Source of the DNA: Paraspadella gotoi | Lineage: Eukaryota > Animalia > Chaetognatha | Length of the DNA: 64,000 nt | Assembly (NCBI GenBank): GCA_051294375.1 | Contig: CM119266.1 | Coordinates: 10,193,677-10,257,676 of the forward strand | Reading direction: 5' to 3' | Made by a program: the position numbers and the translations under genes | Notes under the pieces: model-generated | The model's database searches: none | What the model saw: the letters and a program-made list of their open reading frames with translations, nothing else | Told to the model about the DNA's origin: nothing | Part shown: one piece after another, positions 31,285 through 42,434 of the stretch | How the letters are laid out: each line of letters starts with the position of its first letter | Numbering within the stretch: the first letter of the stretch is position 1

Positions 31285-31692
31285 CACGCTAGAGAGAGAG
31301 AGAAAGAGAAAGAATGTAAAAGGAGGGCCACGAATAAGGAAGAGAGAAAAAGAGAGAGAGAGAAAGAAAGAGAGAAGTGTGAAAAAGGAGGAACACGATG
31401 AGGAAGGGAGGGGGGGAGAAAGAGAAAAAAATGTAAAAGAGGCCATGAATGAGGATGAAGACAAATGAGAGAGAAAGAGAGAAGAAATGTGAAAAGGAAG
31501 ACACTATGAGGAGGAGGGAAGAGAGAGAGAGAAAAGAAATGAAAATGAGGGCCAAGAATAAAGATGAGAGGAAAAAGAGAGAGAAAGAGAGAAAGAAATG
31601 TAAAGGAGGAACGACGAATGAGCGGAGGGTGGGAGAGAGAGAGAGGAGAGAGAGAGAAAAAAATGTAAAATAGGAACACAATGAGGGAAGGG

Positions 31693-31737
<45 letters not shown>

Positions 31738-31850
31738 TGAAAAGGAGAAACGAATGAGGAAGGTGGGGAGAGAGAGAGAGAAGAGGAGGAGAGAAGAGAA
31801 AGAAATGTGAACAGGAAACACGAATGAGGAGGAGAGAGGAGGGAGAGAGA
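31285..31850 (+). repeat. Degenerate ~60-bp purine-rich minisatellite
   Basis: Unit gagagaaagaaatgtaaaaggaggaacacgaatgagga, repeated about 8 times. Confidence 0.7.
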
Positions 31851-34800
31851 GCTTTTGGAGGAGATTTTATGCGCCGCGGCGGAAGTGGCTCACGTGGAGG
31901 GAGCTGGAACACATCGATTCCAAGGCAGCGCCCCTTAGGAGCGAGCGGACGGCGTGTCATTGCTAGAGTCTTACAGTATAGATCTGAGAGAATACGAGGC
32001 GCACAATATGAATGAGGGAGTCGCGGATCAAGAACCAAGTATTCTACACGTATAATTTATTAGATTATTGTACGATACTCTTTCACTAAAGGAAACAGAT
32101 TAAAAATGATAATTATTTATAACTGAAATGAGTTTATAAATGTCGAGCGAATAGTTTCCATCGAGTCCATCGGGTCCACGCGAGTCCGTCTCGCAATGAA
32201 GAGAGAGAGGAGAGAAGGAGGTAGAGCTGAGAGAGAGAGAGAAGAAAGAAATAGTAAAGTTTGAAACCGTTGTTCGGATCGCCCACGATCATTAACGGTA
32301 ATTAATTAATTATTCAAGTTAAATATTTATTTATGAATTCTTGTATGAATTAAAAAGTCAGATTGATAGTAATGATTAATAATTAATTAGTAATTGTTGA
32401 TAAAGATGATAATTAGTTATCAATAATTTAATATAGAATTAATTAATGTAGTGAAATTTAAGATATAAAAGAAAAAAGAAAGATCCAAATGATGGAAACA
32501 GGTTTTATTGTTTTACATTTAACTAATTCCAATCGGCGATCCATTCGAAAACTTTAGTTCGCTGCTTAATCACACCATTTCTCTTTTTACCTCACACAAA
32601 CTTTAATGTAATTACACACGATACATTGCTTCAAAGCGTGAAGGGGAACTAGATGGAAGGACTGGCATTTTTTTTAATTTTTATGAATTGCTATATTCGA
32701 TGTTCGAATGATATAAGGACTGCGTGGCGACAAGATAATGGGGCGACCGGCAGACCGACACAAAGTGAATTAAGTGAAAGTGTAAAGATACTACTTTTTC
32801 TTACAGATAATGTAAAAAATATGCAAATTAATAATCTAATTTAGCTCAAAGTACAAGTTAACAGTTCATTTCAGCACAATTCATAAAGTTTTTTTTTGGA
32901 TGAAAATTTAGTTAAGAATGTATTGCGCCCCTCCCCCCCATTTGCGGGCGCACGCTGGGGTCACCGTAGGGGCAAGGGGACAGTTTTTTTCAACGTTCGA
33001 CGGCAGAGTTTCGAGTCCCAAGTTTTCTGATTCGCGACGGAACGTCGCGACGACGACGACACACAACGATTAATATGAAAAAAAAGCGAAATATCTGCTA
33101 TTTAACGTTTGAAATTAGGAAAAGTGCAGAGCATGGCCTCATTATTTGTTTTGAAAAACTTTAACTATGCCTATCGCTATGCCTCAAATTCAATAAACAT
33201 TTTAAATACATTGTGTACTTCCTCGTGTCTACGAGAAGTTCAGCAAAATAACATATTTTATATTATGTACCGAGCAGCTCAAACAATGAATTTGTTTGAA
33301 GGTTTTGGCATAAATCTTTATTCGTCGATTGAATAATTTTTTGTGCATGCCAAATTTTGGTAACCGATGCATTTATTAAATATAATATGGTTAGAATTTA
33401 GTATCTATCACTTTTCAATTTAATTTTTTTTTATACGCTTAAGATGTCCAATCAGTTTTAATATCTTTAATATTATAGTTATACCTTAAACAATTAAATA
33501 GTTAAAGATTTCTTTCATTTCAAAAATTGTTACTTTAGCATACCGACAGACCCCTCAGATCGGTGGATGAACCCTCTCTTGGTAGTATCGCCCACTCTCT
33601 TATACTGAAAGAATTCGTTTTTTGTTAATAAACTTAAAACTTTACCAATAGAAAAAGAGCCATTTAAAATATCATCTGATAAAGCATAAAATTTTCCTAA
33701 TAAATTTAAACCCGACATCCTAACATTTTGCGAGTGATCATGGAAATCTCTGTTCCTTGAGACTGCGCAAATATTGACAGTGTGTAACTAGTCCCAAACA
33801 TTATAGCTTTCTAATATCGTTCTGAGATACAAAAAAATTATCATTAATTTGATATTTCATCAACCTCCTTAGAAAACATGTCAATTTGATACTTTTAAAA
33901 TCAGCAAAATGCGCAAGTCCTCCCTGAGATTTTCTTCAGTCTTCGAAGTCATTTACAAGTTTAGCAAACAATGTGGATCTGCTCACGATTAATTAAGCGA
34001 TCAAGCTAAATAAATAAATAAATTAAATTATATAAATAAATACGATAGTAGAATAATTACATGAAAGTAAAAAAATAATTATTAAAAAAAAATCAACTTC
34101 ACCTAGATCACGCGCCGTTGCGTAGGCAACGATAAACCGATATAAACGAGATACCTTATGATGCGTCTCGTGGCGGGAAACTGTCCATGCTTCTTTTCCT
34201 CTCTTATTCTCTCTTCTCGTGCCTCTGCGTTTATTTAAAAAAGAATTGATTGAAGGCTCGAAATTAGCAGCCGCAGTGTGCATGTTATTCATTTTCTATT
34301 TTTCAGAAAGCTGTAACTTATTTCTTCCGTACTTTTTTTTTTTTTCATTAACAATCGCAAAAGAGAATGTTTTCGTGGTGTGTTATAATTTATTTTCTTT
34401 TCTCAATTTTCTTTTTTAGTATCAATAATTTGTCGTCTATGCATTACGGACGATCCTTAGCTTTACAAAAAAATTTGTATTCACTTTTTTTCGTTTTCTG
34501 TGTGATCATTGAATATCCGTGAATAGTTTATAATTTCTAACTGTAAAATCTGAAATGCTTCTACCGTAGTTTCTGATTGATGGATTGGTAAAGAAAAGGG
34601 GAAAACCGGTGACAACAACAAGGAAAAAACCTATTAATGACGCCATAGATACGACGACGATCCACGAAAATGACGACGAAGACGACGGCCGAAATGACGG
34701 ACGAAAATGCGGCGAGAGGAGACAAAACTGACAACGAAGAAGAAACAAAGAGATCGACAATACGCCAACGAAATGACTGTGGACGAAAAAGACGACGGCG

Positions 34801-35011
34801 AAACGAGAGTACGACGCGACGAAAATTTATTGAAGGAAAATGACTAACGATGTCGAAGACGACGACGAAAACGAGACGATATGGACGAATTAAGACGACG
34901 AAGAGACGACGAAGAAGACGACAAAGAAGGCGACAAATGGGTAGCTGGTCAGCCTGTTCTCTTCTCTCTCGCTCTCTATTCCCTCCTCTCTCTCTCTTTC
35001 TCCGACCTCTC

Positions 35012-35539
35012 CGCGTACAGCTGCTGCTCTCTGTAGATATTAATTTATTAATAAAAGTTAAGACGAGCATATTGCAGCTTAGCTTCGAGTTAGAGCATAT
35101 TATCCAAAAAACAAGATATAATACATGCTGAATAAACTTTGTTATTTGTCTCGATGCGATTTAATCTCAACTCACAAATTATCAAGAAAAAGCAATTCTT
35201 ACTCGTTCCAGAGTCTATTCTCTTCTTGAGTTCCTTCTCTTTTGTTTGACATCGAGTAAACTCTGTCCAGCTTTAGATGCGGATCCCAAAACAGATGGCG
35301 CCTTCTTTGCTCACGGAAAACAGCGACAAGGAGATTTTAAACAAAGTGAAATAATAATTAATAAGTTGCTCTCTTCATATGAAAAATGTAACTTTTCTTC
35401 AAGTTGTCCATCCTGACCTTGACTGTGATTTCTTGATGGTTGTGAGCCACGTGACGAATACGTTGATTTGTGCCGCTGGCGAAAGGACTCGTCATTTTGC
35501 TGTCGATGTAATCCCTCTCGCGGTACTGAGAGAGAAAGA

Positions 35540-35594
<55 letters not shown>

Positions 35595-36155
35595 AATCAA
35601 GTATGACTTCCGTTTCGTGTCTTGTTTCTTGTTTCTTCCGAACCTGAAGCATCATGTAAGTGCAAAACTCGTCCCAGCTGACAGTCCCGTCGCAAGATGT
35701 GTCCACTGAAATAAAGTTGATTTTAGATTACTTGGTTTTGTATCTGTCTGTCTGTCTGTCTTTTTTCTATTTCCTTCCATTTCTTTATAATTATTTCTCT
35801 ACTTTATTTTTTTCGTTTTTTCGTTTTTTTTCTATGTCTTTATGTCTTTCTGTCTTTCTGTCTTTCTTTCTTTCTTTCCATCACCTTTATTGAAGAGCTT
35901 CTCGATCTGATCGTCGAATCCCCTCGTCCCCAGCATCTTCCCCACCGCGTCCTTGAAATCTCTCATGGACATGTTCCCCGGGGATCGTTTCGGTCTCCGC
36001 GCGGTCACTTCGCGAAGAAGGGCACGTGCGGAGCGCGCTGGGTGAGTGGAAGAGCGCGGAACGTGCTGCGCGGAAATAAAATAAGGATAAATGATACAAT
36101 AATAAATAATGAATAAATAATGTATAAATAAAAAATTTTCGCTAATACGTAGAAC

Positions 36156-36199
<44 letters not shown>

Positions 36200-36200
36200 T

Positions 36201-36249
<49 letters not shown>

Positions 36250-37006
36250 GCCTGTTGAAACATCCTCATGAGCTGCTGCAAGTGCCTGATGGAGATGTAG
36301 TCTCGACCGATTTCCGGGAGAAGGCAGCGCGAATCTCCCACACGCGCGACGCCCAGACGCACGTGGATATCGTCGTCGTCTTCGTCGTCGATGGTCGTCA
36401 TGACGACGCGACGAAAAAAAGGCGAAGAGGATTAAGGGATCAGGAAGTCACGTGACGGACGCGTGATCGAAACGGAAGATCGCCCCCCCCCCACACGATG
36501 GTCGGGGTTGGAGAAGGGATAAATTAGGAATCTTGAAGAATTTTGTGGACATGAGGGAACGCCCAAAATCGAAAAAGCAGAGAGAGATTTGTACCGATAG
36601 CGTTAAGGTAGAAGTTGAAAGCATTTATAAATGTGAAGTTAAAGTTTGCGTAATTAAAGAAGCCGTAATCCGACGAATGCAGTTTCGGGAGCTGACGCAA
36701 AACGTAATTCCAAAATTGAGTATCTGCAATCGTAAAAACCGACTGAAGTTAAATAAAAACGTAGTATCCGAACAGATTTTACAGTTTAATCAAATGAATG
36801 AAAGTTTTCATTTTGTAAATAAAAAAAAAAGAAAGAAAACTCGGGTTAATTTTTATATCCAAACTGAGTTTTGCCCAGTAGGATTTTTTTGGGTTCATTG
36901 TAGTCTTTTCATCGAGGGGGGAAAAAAAAGGATAAAAACTTCGGCGAACCGGAAAATGAAAACTGGATGAAAGCAATAAAATTGGTCGAAACTTGGGTTC
37001 GTGCCT

Positions 37007-37045
<39 letters not shown>

Positions 37046-37398
37046 TCGGTGTCGTCTTCCCTTTCACTGTATCCGTCTTTGATATCTTGGCCTTCGATAT
37101 CTTCTTCCGATGTCCTCGATGTCTCTCTCTTGGTTATATCATCGTTTGGATATTTTTCGTTGTCGTTTTCGTCGTCGTTGTCGTCGTTGTTTTCGTCGTC
37201 GTCGTCGTCGAGGTCGAGATCGATGTATCCACGGCTCTCGGCTCCGCTGTCCTCGTTTCCCCATCTCTCTTTTTTTTTTTGAATGAACTTATCCTGCGAC
37301 TTACCTTCGTGTGTCCGTCTGGTCTGAAAAAATGAGGATTCCAGGAAGATCCAGGAAAGTAAAGGGGATGAAGGGAGAGGAGGAAGGCAAGGGGAGAG

Positions 37399-37492
<94 letters not shown>

Positions 37493-38219
37493 ATTTGTTG
37501 CGTGAGATAAGGATATTGCCTATGAGAATTTATTAGAGAAATATTGTAAAAAACGATGAGGGGAGTTTTTTTCCGAATATCAACGGCGGAGGTTAAAGAG
37601 GAGAAATGAGATCAAAATCGAGGAAGAGAAAAAAATATATATTTTGAGATAAAAACAAGAGCCTTCATTCCCGAAAGCGCCCCATTTCAACTTATATTCA
37701 GAATTAACCTAAATTCAGGATTAAGTTTGTTCTTATGTTTAATAATTAGCTTAATAGGTTAGGGGGTTAAGGTTAACGACAAGGTTATTGATGAGGGATA
37801 GCGATTAGGTTAGATTTAGTTAATGGTTAGAGATTGGTATAAACTTTTGAAAACAGATTATGTAAGGATTAGGATTTTAAATAGGGCGCTCTCAAAAAAT
37901 AGTGCCAAAACAAGGATATTAAATCCTGCGTTTGATCAGTCTCCATGTTCTCACCTTCTTTCTCTCTTTGGTTAGCAGCGTAAAACAATTTATTCCAGCA
38001 GCCGCTCCTCTTTCTCCTGTATCTAATTGATTCTTTCTCATTCGAATACTAAAAGTAAGTGAAGAGCGAAATTCCCTTTATAAATCTTAGTTTTTCCTTA
38101 TTTAAAGAAGCATTATCACTACTTTTGGGGAGAGTATCAGCTTACAGCCTTTCTCGGGATTTCATTATTTTCTCCCCACAAAGAGCAAAATTGCTTTTTT
38201 TTGTCATTTAGCCTTTAAG
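35012..38219 (+). repeat. 3.2-kb direct duplication, copy 2
   Basis: Matches 27622-30808. Confidence 0.92.
35203..36401 (-). pseudogene. Second copy of exons 1-5 of the EF-hand/WD40 gene (partial duplicate or alternative haplotype)
   Basis: MTTIDDEDDDDIHVRLGVARVGDSRCLLPEIGRDYISIRHLQQLMRMFQQ (36401-36252), then the HVPRSS..KLFNK, VDTSCDGTVSWDEFCTYMMLQ and YRERDYIDSK.. exons. Near-identical to 27811-28988, and no downstream exons follow this copy. Confidence 0.65.
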
Positions 38220-38273
38220 CCTTTGTAACACTTGGAAAGAAAGAGTTTGATTTCTTGCCATTATATTGCCCAT
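36910..38273 (-). CDS. Putative small uncharacterised gene with an Asp-rich last exon
   Basis: ATG (MGNIM..) at 38273; exon-like blocks with splice signals at 38273-38146 and 38016-37955 (cag|..aag|gtgag); an acceptor at 37323 opens TRRTHEGKSQDKF..RWGNEDSGAESRGYIDLDLDDDDDENNDD.. Frames are inconsistent unless indel errors are assumed. No recognisable domain. Confidence 0.3.
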
Positions 38274-38650
38274 GAGAATTTACTAGCTAAATATTGTAAT
38301 GAAAGATCTGAAAATCGATTGTACTGAAAGAGGAAAAAAAGAAGAAATATTTTGGAATGAAAAAAAATAACAGAGTAATTAATAAAACTATATTTAATAG
38401 TTAACAGAGCAAGCTACGAGCTTGTCAATACGTTTTCTTTATTAAAATCGTTAAAAATGACAAAGGTAATTACAGGGGTTTTTTAAGATAACTTAGGAAT
38501 TAGATTTATTAAAACAGTTTTGGATGTATTGGAGCGTAACATATTTCTATATTCAAAGCGAATATTCCACTACAAAAATATAATATGTACGAAAAAGTGT
38601 AAATCGCAAGCTTTGAATATTGTTCTCCAGACTTTAATGTCTGATTCGAC

Positions 38651-39325
38651 TCATTTAAACTGGCAGATAAAGGGTCTTTCTTTTTGGCAATTTTGATCTT
38701 GCCATTTTTTCTCCCCATTTACGACGATGCACTTCCGACCTCCACCATTAGGCTCAGTCTCGTTCCAACGAAACAATTTTATCTTTCGAATTGAAGCGAT
38801 CTCATCGGACTGAGGGTTAGGAGCGAAGACCCAAAGCCAATCTGGATGGAATATGGAAAGGTTAAATCTCTCTCTCTCTCTCTCTCTCTGACTTCATTGA
38901 TTCGTGCTCACATTCATATAAGCATTCATTATGTACACTTGAATGCGCAGCACTAGGAAATACATACACTGATTTAAAATCGTTGTAACCGTACCATCGT
39001 CGGCAGTATTCCGATACCCGGCGATCCAAACAAATTCGAAACGAGGCTCAAAGAATTTCTCGAATCCCTCAATGTCGTCCTCAGGGATCGCGAGATGCCC
39101 ATTCTGGCGAGCGCACTCCATGAGCGCCTCCGTCCAGTTCACGTTTCGAGATGCCCACTCGTAGCGAAATCTGGGGCGACCCTCGGCGCCGCAGGATGAC
39201 GCAGGATGACGCAGCGTCGCCGCTGTCGATGGGGGATGTAAACTCTGGAGGCAGAATGGCTCGCCGAGGGTGTCGCGGACGATGAAGACGACGACGAGGG
39301 GAATTAGGAGATCCGAACAACCCAT
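38651..39325 (-). CDS. Secreted C-type lectin (CTLD, EPN motif), 2 exons, ~182 aa
   Basis: Exons 39325-38968 and 38841-38651 join in phase. Signal peptide; NWTEALMECARQNGHLAIPED; VWIAG; WNETEPNGGGRKCIVVNGEKKWQDQNCQKERPFICQFK*. Confidence 0.9.
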
Positions 39326-39812
39326 TACAGAAAATAAGCGGTTAAATTTGATAATAATAGCTATTAATATTATAAATAAACTTCAGGCGGATAGAAAGTT
39401 GCCAATCGATTATTCGGACGGAAAATTGGACTCGTGGTCTTTTAGGTTAGGCGTTGAAACCTAAATCTGATATACGTTGTCATGGAAATTGTATAATATA
39501 TATACAATATATATACGATATATATATATATTATATATATATATATCGATCCCCGTCCCTTTCGTCGACGAAACAAGAGTTATTTGAGTTAGAATTTATG
39601 TTTGCTCTTCCGGTAACTTTACCTAGAGTAAAAAGAGGGCAAAAAATTACTAAATACTGCACAACAGGAAAATACTAAAAAAGGTGAAGAGACTTTAATT
39701 ATTGTTATTTGTTAGTGACAGAACCGTTCAATGTAAGCAGTCCCTGAGCTTCGGATCAGGCTGTAACACCGTGTTACAGGCGGGTTAAGCGTCCCGTCCC
39801 TCTTAACTGCTA

Positions 39813-39885
39813 GGCGGCCACCGGGCTAGAACCCCGGACCTTTGGGTTGGGAGGCGAATGACTTGCCTCCGGCACCAATGACCGC
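39813..39885 (-). ncRNA. tRNA-derived (tRNA-Gly-like) Pol III cassette inside the LTR; not a canonical tRNA
   Basis: GCGGTCA/TGGCCGC acceptor stem, CCGGG-GTTCTAG-CCCGG T-arm, A-box-like TGGTGCCGGAGG, and TCGCCTCCCA resembling the tRNA-Gly(CCC) anticodon region. The anticodon stem does not pair. Confidence 0.65.
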
Positions 39886-40228
39886 TGATGAACAGTTGGT
39901 GGATTTTAGTCCACCATACATCCCCCCCTCCCATAGGGAGAAGTCTGTTGCGTCTCTTAAGTGAATTGTTGTTGGTGGAAAGTGCGTCACCAAGTTGAGG
40001 CATGTTGCCTGATGTGTTGTTGGCGGAAAGTGCATCACCAGGTTGAGGCCTGTTGCCTGAAAGTGTTGTTGCTGTTGTGTTAAGAAGTCGGGCTCACCAA
40101 TGAAGATACTTTAATTATTTTTATGTGTTAGTGACAGAACCATTCAATGTAAGCAGTCCCTGAGCTTCGGATCAGGCTGTAACACCGTGTTACAGGCGGG
40201 TTAAGGGCCCCGTCCCTCGTAACTGTTA

Positions 40229-40301
40229 GGCGGCCACCGGGCTAGAACCCCGGACCTTTGGGTTGGGAGGCGAATGACTTGCCTCCGGCACCAATGACCG
40301 C
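40229..40301 (-). ncRNA. tRNA-derived cassette inside the second LTR
   Basis: Identical to 39813-39885. Confidence 0.65.
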
Positions 40302-40415
40302 TGATGAACGGTTGGTGGATTTTAGTCCACCATAAAGGAATAGATAGTCTTAGGAACAGAAATCGCTACAAGATCACTTAATATTAGGATAAAGAAGCGA
40401 GTGTACATAACACAT

Positions 40416-41159
40416 TAAGCAAATTACATGTCTGAGACAAAAACAGTGAGGCTTACTATAAAAAGTATGAAAAAAAAATGATATATTGTGGACGCAATAT
40501 CGAGTTTGTGAGTAGCGTGGTCTTAGAAAAACCAAAACCAAAACCAATCTGCAAAGATGAATGAATTTTATTTATTTTTTGCACAATCTCAATAGAATAT
40601 AGAATATTAGTCATTCCTTAATTTATCTTGGAAACATTTACTGAAGTTACTTTAATTACATTAAACTATCGACAGCTTTTCTTGTCCGAGGCCGTAAGTG
40701 TTAAGTTTAATTTACTCTTTTCACTCTTTATTTTTTAGCCATCGTTATTAGTTCAAATTTAATTTTTTTTTTAATTACATGCCAATTTCTCTCNNNNNNN
40801 NNNTTACATGTCTGAGACAAAAACAGTGAGGCTTACTATAAAAAGTATGAAAAAAAAATGATATATCGAGTTTGTGAGTAGCGTGGTCTTAGAAAAACCA
40901 AAACCAAAACCAATCTGCAAAGATGAATGAATTTTATTTATTTTTTGCACAATCTCAATAGAATATAGAATATTAGTCATTCCTTAATTTATCTTGGAAA
41001 CATTTACTGAAGTTACTTTAATTACATTAAACTATCGACAGCTTTTCTTGTCCGAGGCCGTAAGTGTTAAGTTTAATTTACTCTTTTCACTCTTTATTTT
41101 TTAGCCATCGTTATTAGTTCAAATTTAATTTTTTTTTTAATTACATGCCAATTTCTCTC
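40416..41159 (+). repeat. Tandem ~360-bp duplication across a 10-N gap (likely contig overlap artefact)
   Basis: About 40423-40793 is repeated at 40804-41159. Confidence 0.85.
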
Positions 41160-41160
41160 A

Positions 41161-41568
41161 CCCTTGCTGTTTCGTTCCAGGATTTCGTCAAATTTTTCTT
41201 CGTCGTCTTCGGGAATGGCTAAATGACCGCCACACTCAACACATACTTTAAGCGTCTCCAGCCATGTTACGTTTCGACTCATCCACTCGTAGCGCACTAG
41301 CCTTTTCCCAACGGTTCGGACTCTTGTTTCGGACTCAACCGGGACACAACGGCCCCGAAGTAGGGTGCAGCTCTGTCGTACGGCACGGTGCGGCCGGTGC
41401 CAGGAGGCCAAGTTCTCCCGCAGAGCACGCAGACGCCTTCTCCGCCGTCGTTGGCAGTGTATGAAACCTTTGAAAATAGAATGGCTCGCCGAGGGTGTTT
41501 CCAATTAAAAAAAGGGTGACAGTGTTGAGGACTAAGATGAAAGTGAAGACGAGTTGCGGACCACTCAT
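41161..41568 (-). pseudogene. C-type lectin paralog, frameshifted and lacking its C-terminal exon
   Basis: Signal peptide MSGPQLVFTFILVLNTVTLFLIGNTLGEPF, a frameshift near 41340, then RYEWMSRNVTWLETLKVCVECGGHLAIPEDDEEKF and a donor at ~41160. No WIAG/EPN exon is visible downstream (an assembly gap is adjacent). Confidence 0.7.
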
Positions 41569-42434
41569 AGTCGGCTTCTCGATAACCTGATTTTTTAAAA
41601 AGTCTTAAACTGCAAGAGTGATTCTTTCAAAATTTCTCGGAAATTATGTGGATGGCACCATATATATAATCCACAATTAGTCCGAATCGTCGTACGTATG
41701 TAAAGGCTGAGTTTAGGTTGAACTAAAGCAAAATAACAGTGTTTCCTGAAGAAAAAAAAACTAAACTTTTCAGTTTTTTCCAAATTTCAGTGAACATTTA
41801 TACAATTACTTGTTACACTATTTTTTTTTAATATTTTATAATATAAGGTCAGTTTCGGTTGAGCCTTCGAAAAATAATCTTTGATCCACTTTGAAAAGCA
41901 ACAACATCTTCTCTCCTAACGCGATGTCAGTTTTGGGAAGATAATTTTTCTCGGTTGAAAATAAATAGTTATCGATCCGCCATTGTTTGCCCTTCAGATT
42001 TTGGCAGGGGGCTTGGAAATTTGAATCCAGCGCTTATCTCTCTGTATGTCATTATTTACATGTATATCTGTTTGTCTGTCTGATTGAATTAATAAAAAAT
42101 AATTGAACGGATGAATAAATAAGTAAATTCAGCACAGATTGATTTATTGGGGGGATTTTACTTTCTGCATTTTAAGCCGTATATCTTAAAACATTGTTAA
42201 AAGAACTTATTACGTATTTTTCAAGTTTTCCTCTCTCTCTAACTAAAATCAATCGAGAAATTGTTCATCTTTCTCAAAATTAATCGACCGTTCATTTTGT
42301 CCCTCAAAATTCGAGTTTCCATTTTCTTTAAGACGGTGCATCAACGACAAACAAAATTCATTATAATTCGATAAAAGGTGAGAAAAAATATTTCAATGCC
42401 GAGTTTGGGAGAAACTTGACGAGTAATCGACGAC

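Larger units (their letters stand above)
39685..40334 (-). mobile_element. Non-autonomous LTR retrotransposon (TRIM) with a tRNA-like sequence in each LTR (Helenus-like)
   Basis: Direct repeats 39685-39920 (TG..CA) and 40101-40334, about 9 substitutions apart. Minus-strand PBS TGGTGAGCCCGAC at 40099-40087, PPT GGGAGGGGGGGA at 39932-39921, flanking AAGG at 39681-39684 and 40335-40338. Confidence 0.85.

Noticed and set aside
39813-39885. Functional tRNA-Gly gene
   Set aside because: The anticodon and D stems do not pair canonically, and the sequence is embedded in both LTRs.
39885-39920. Hammerhead ribozyme (CTGATGA followed by a hairpin)
   Set aside because: There is no GAAA after the stem and no stem I/III closure in either copy.
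40416-41159. Biological tandem duplication
   Set aside because: Near-identical copies abut a 10-N gap, which is typical of an unmerged contig overlap.
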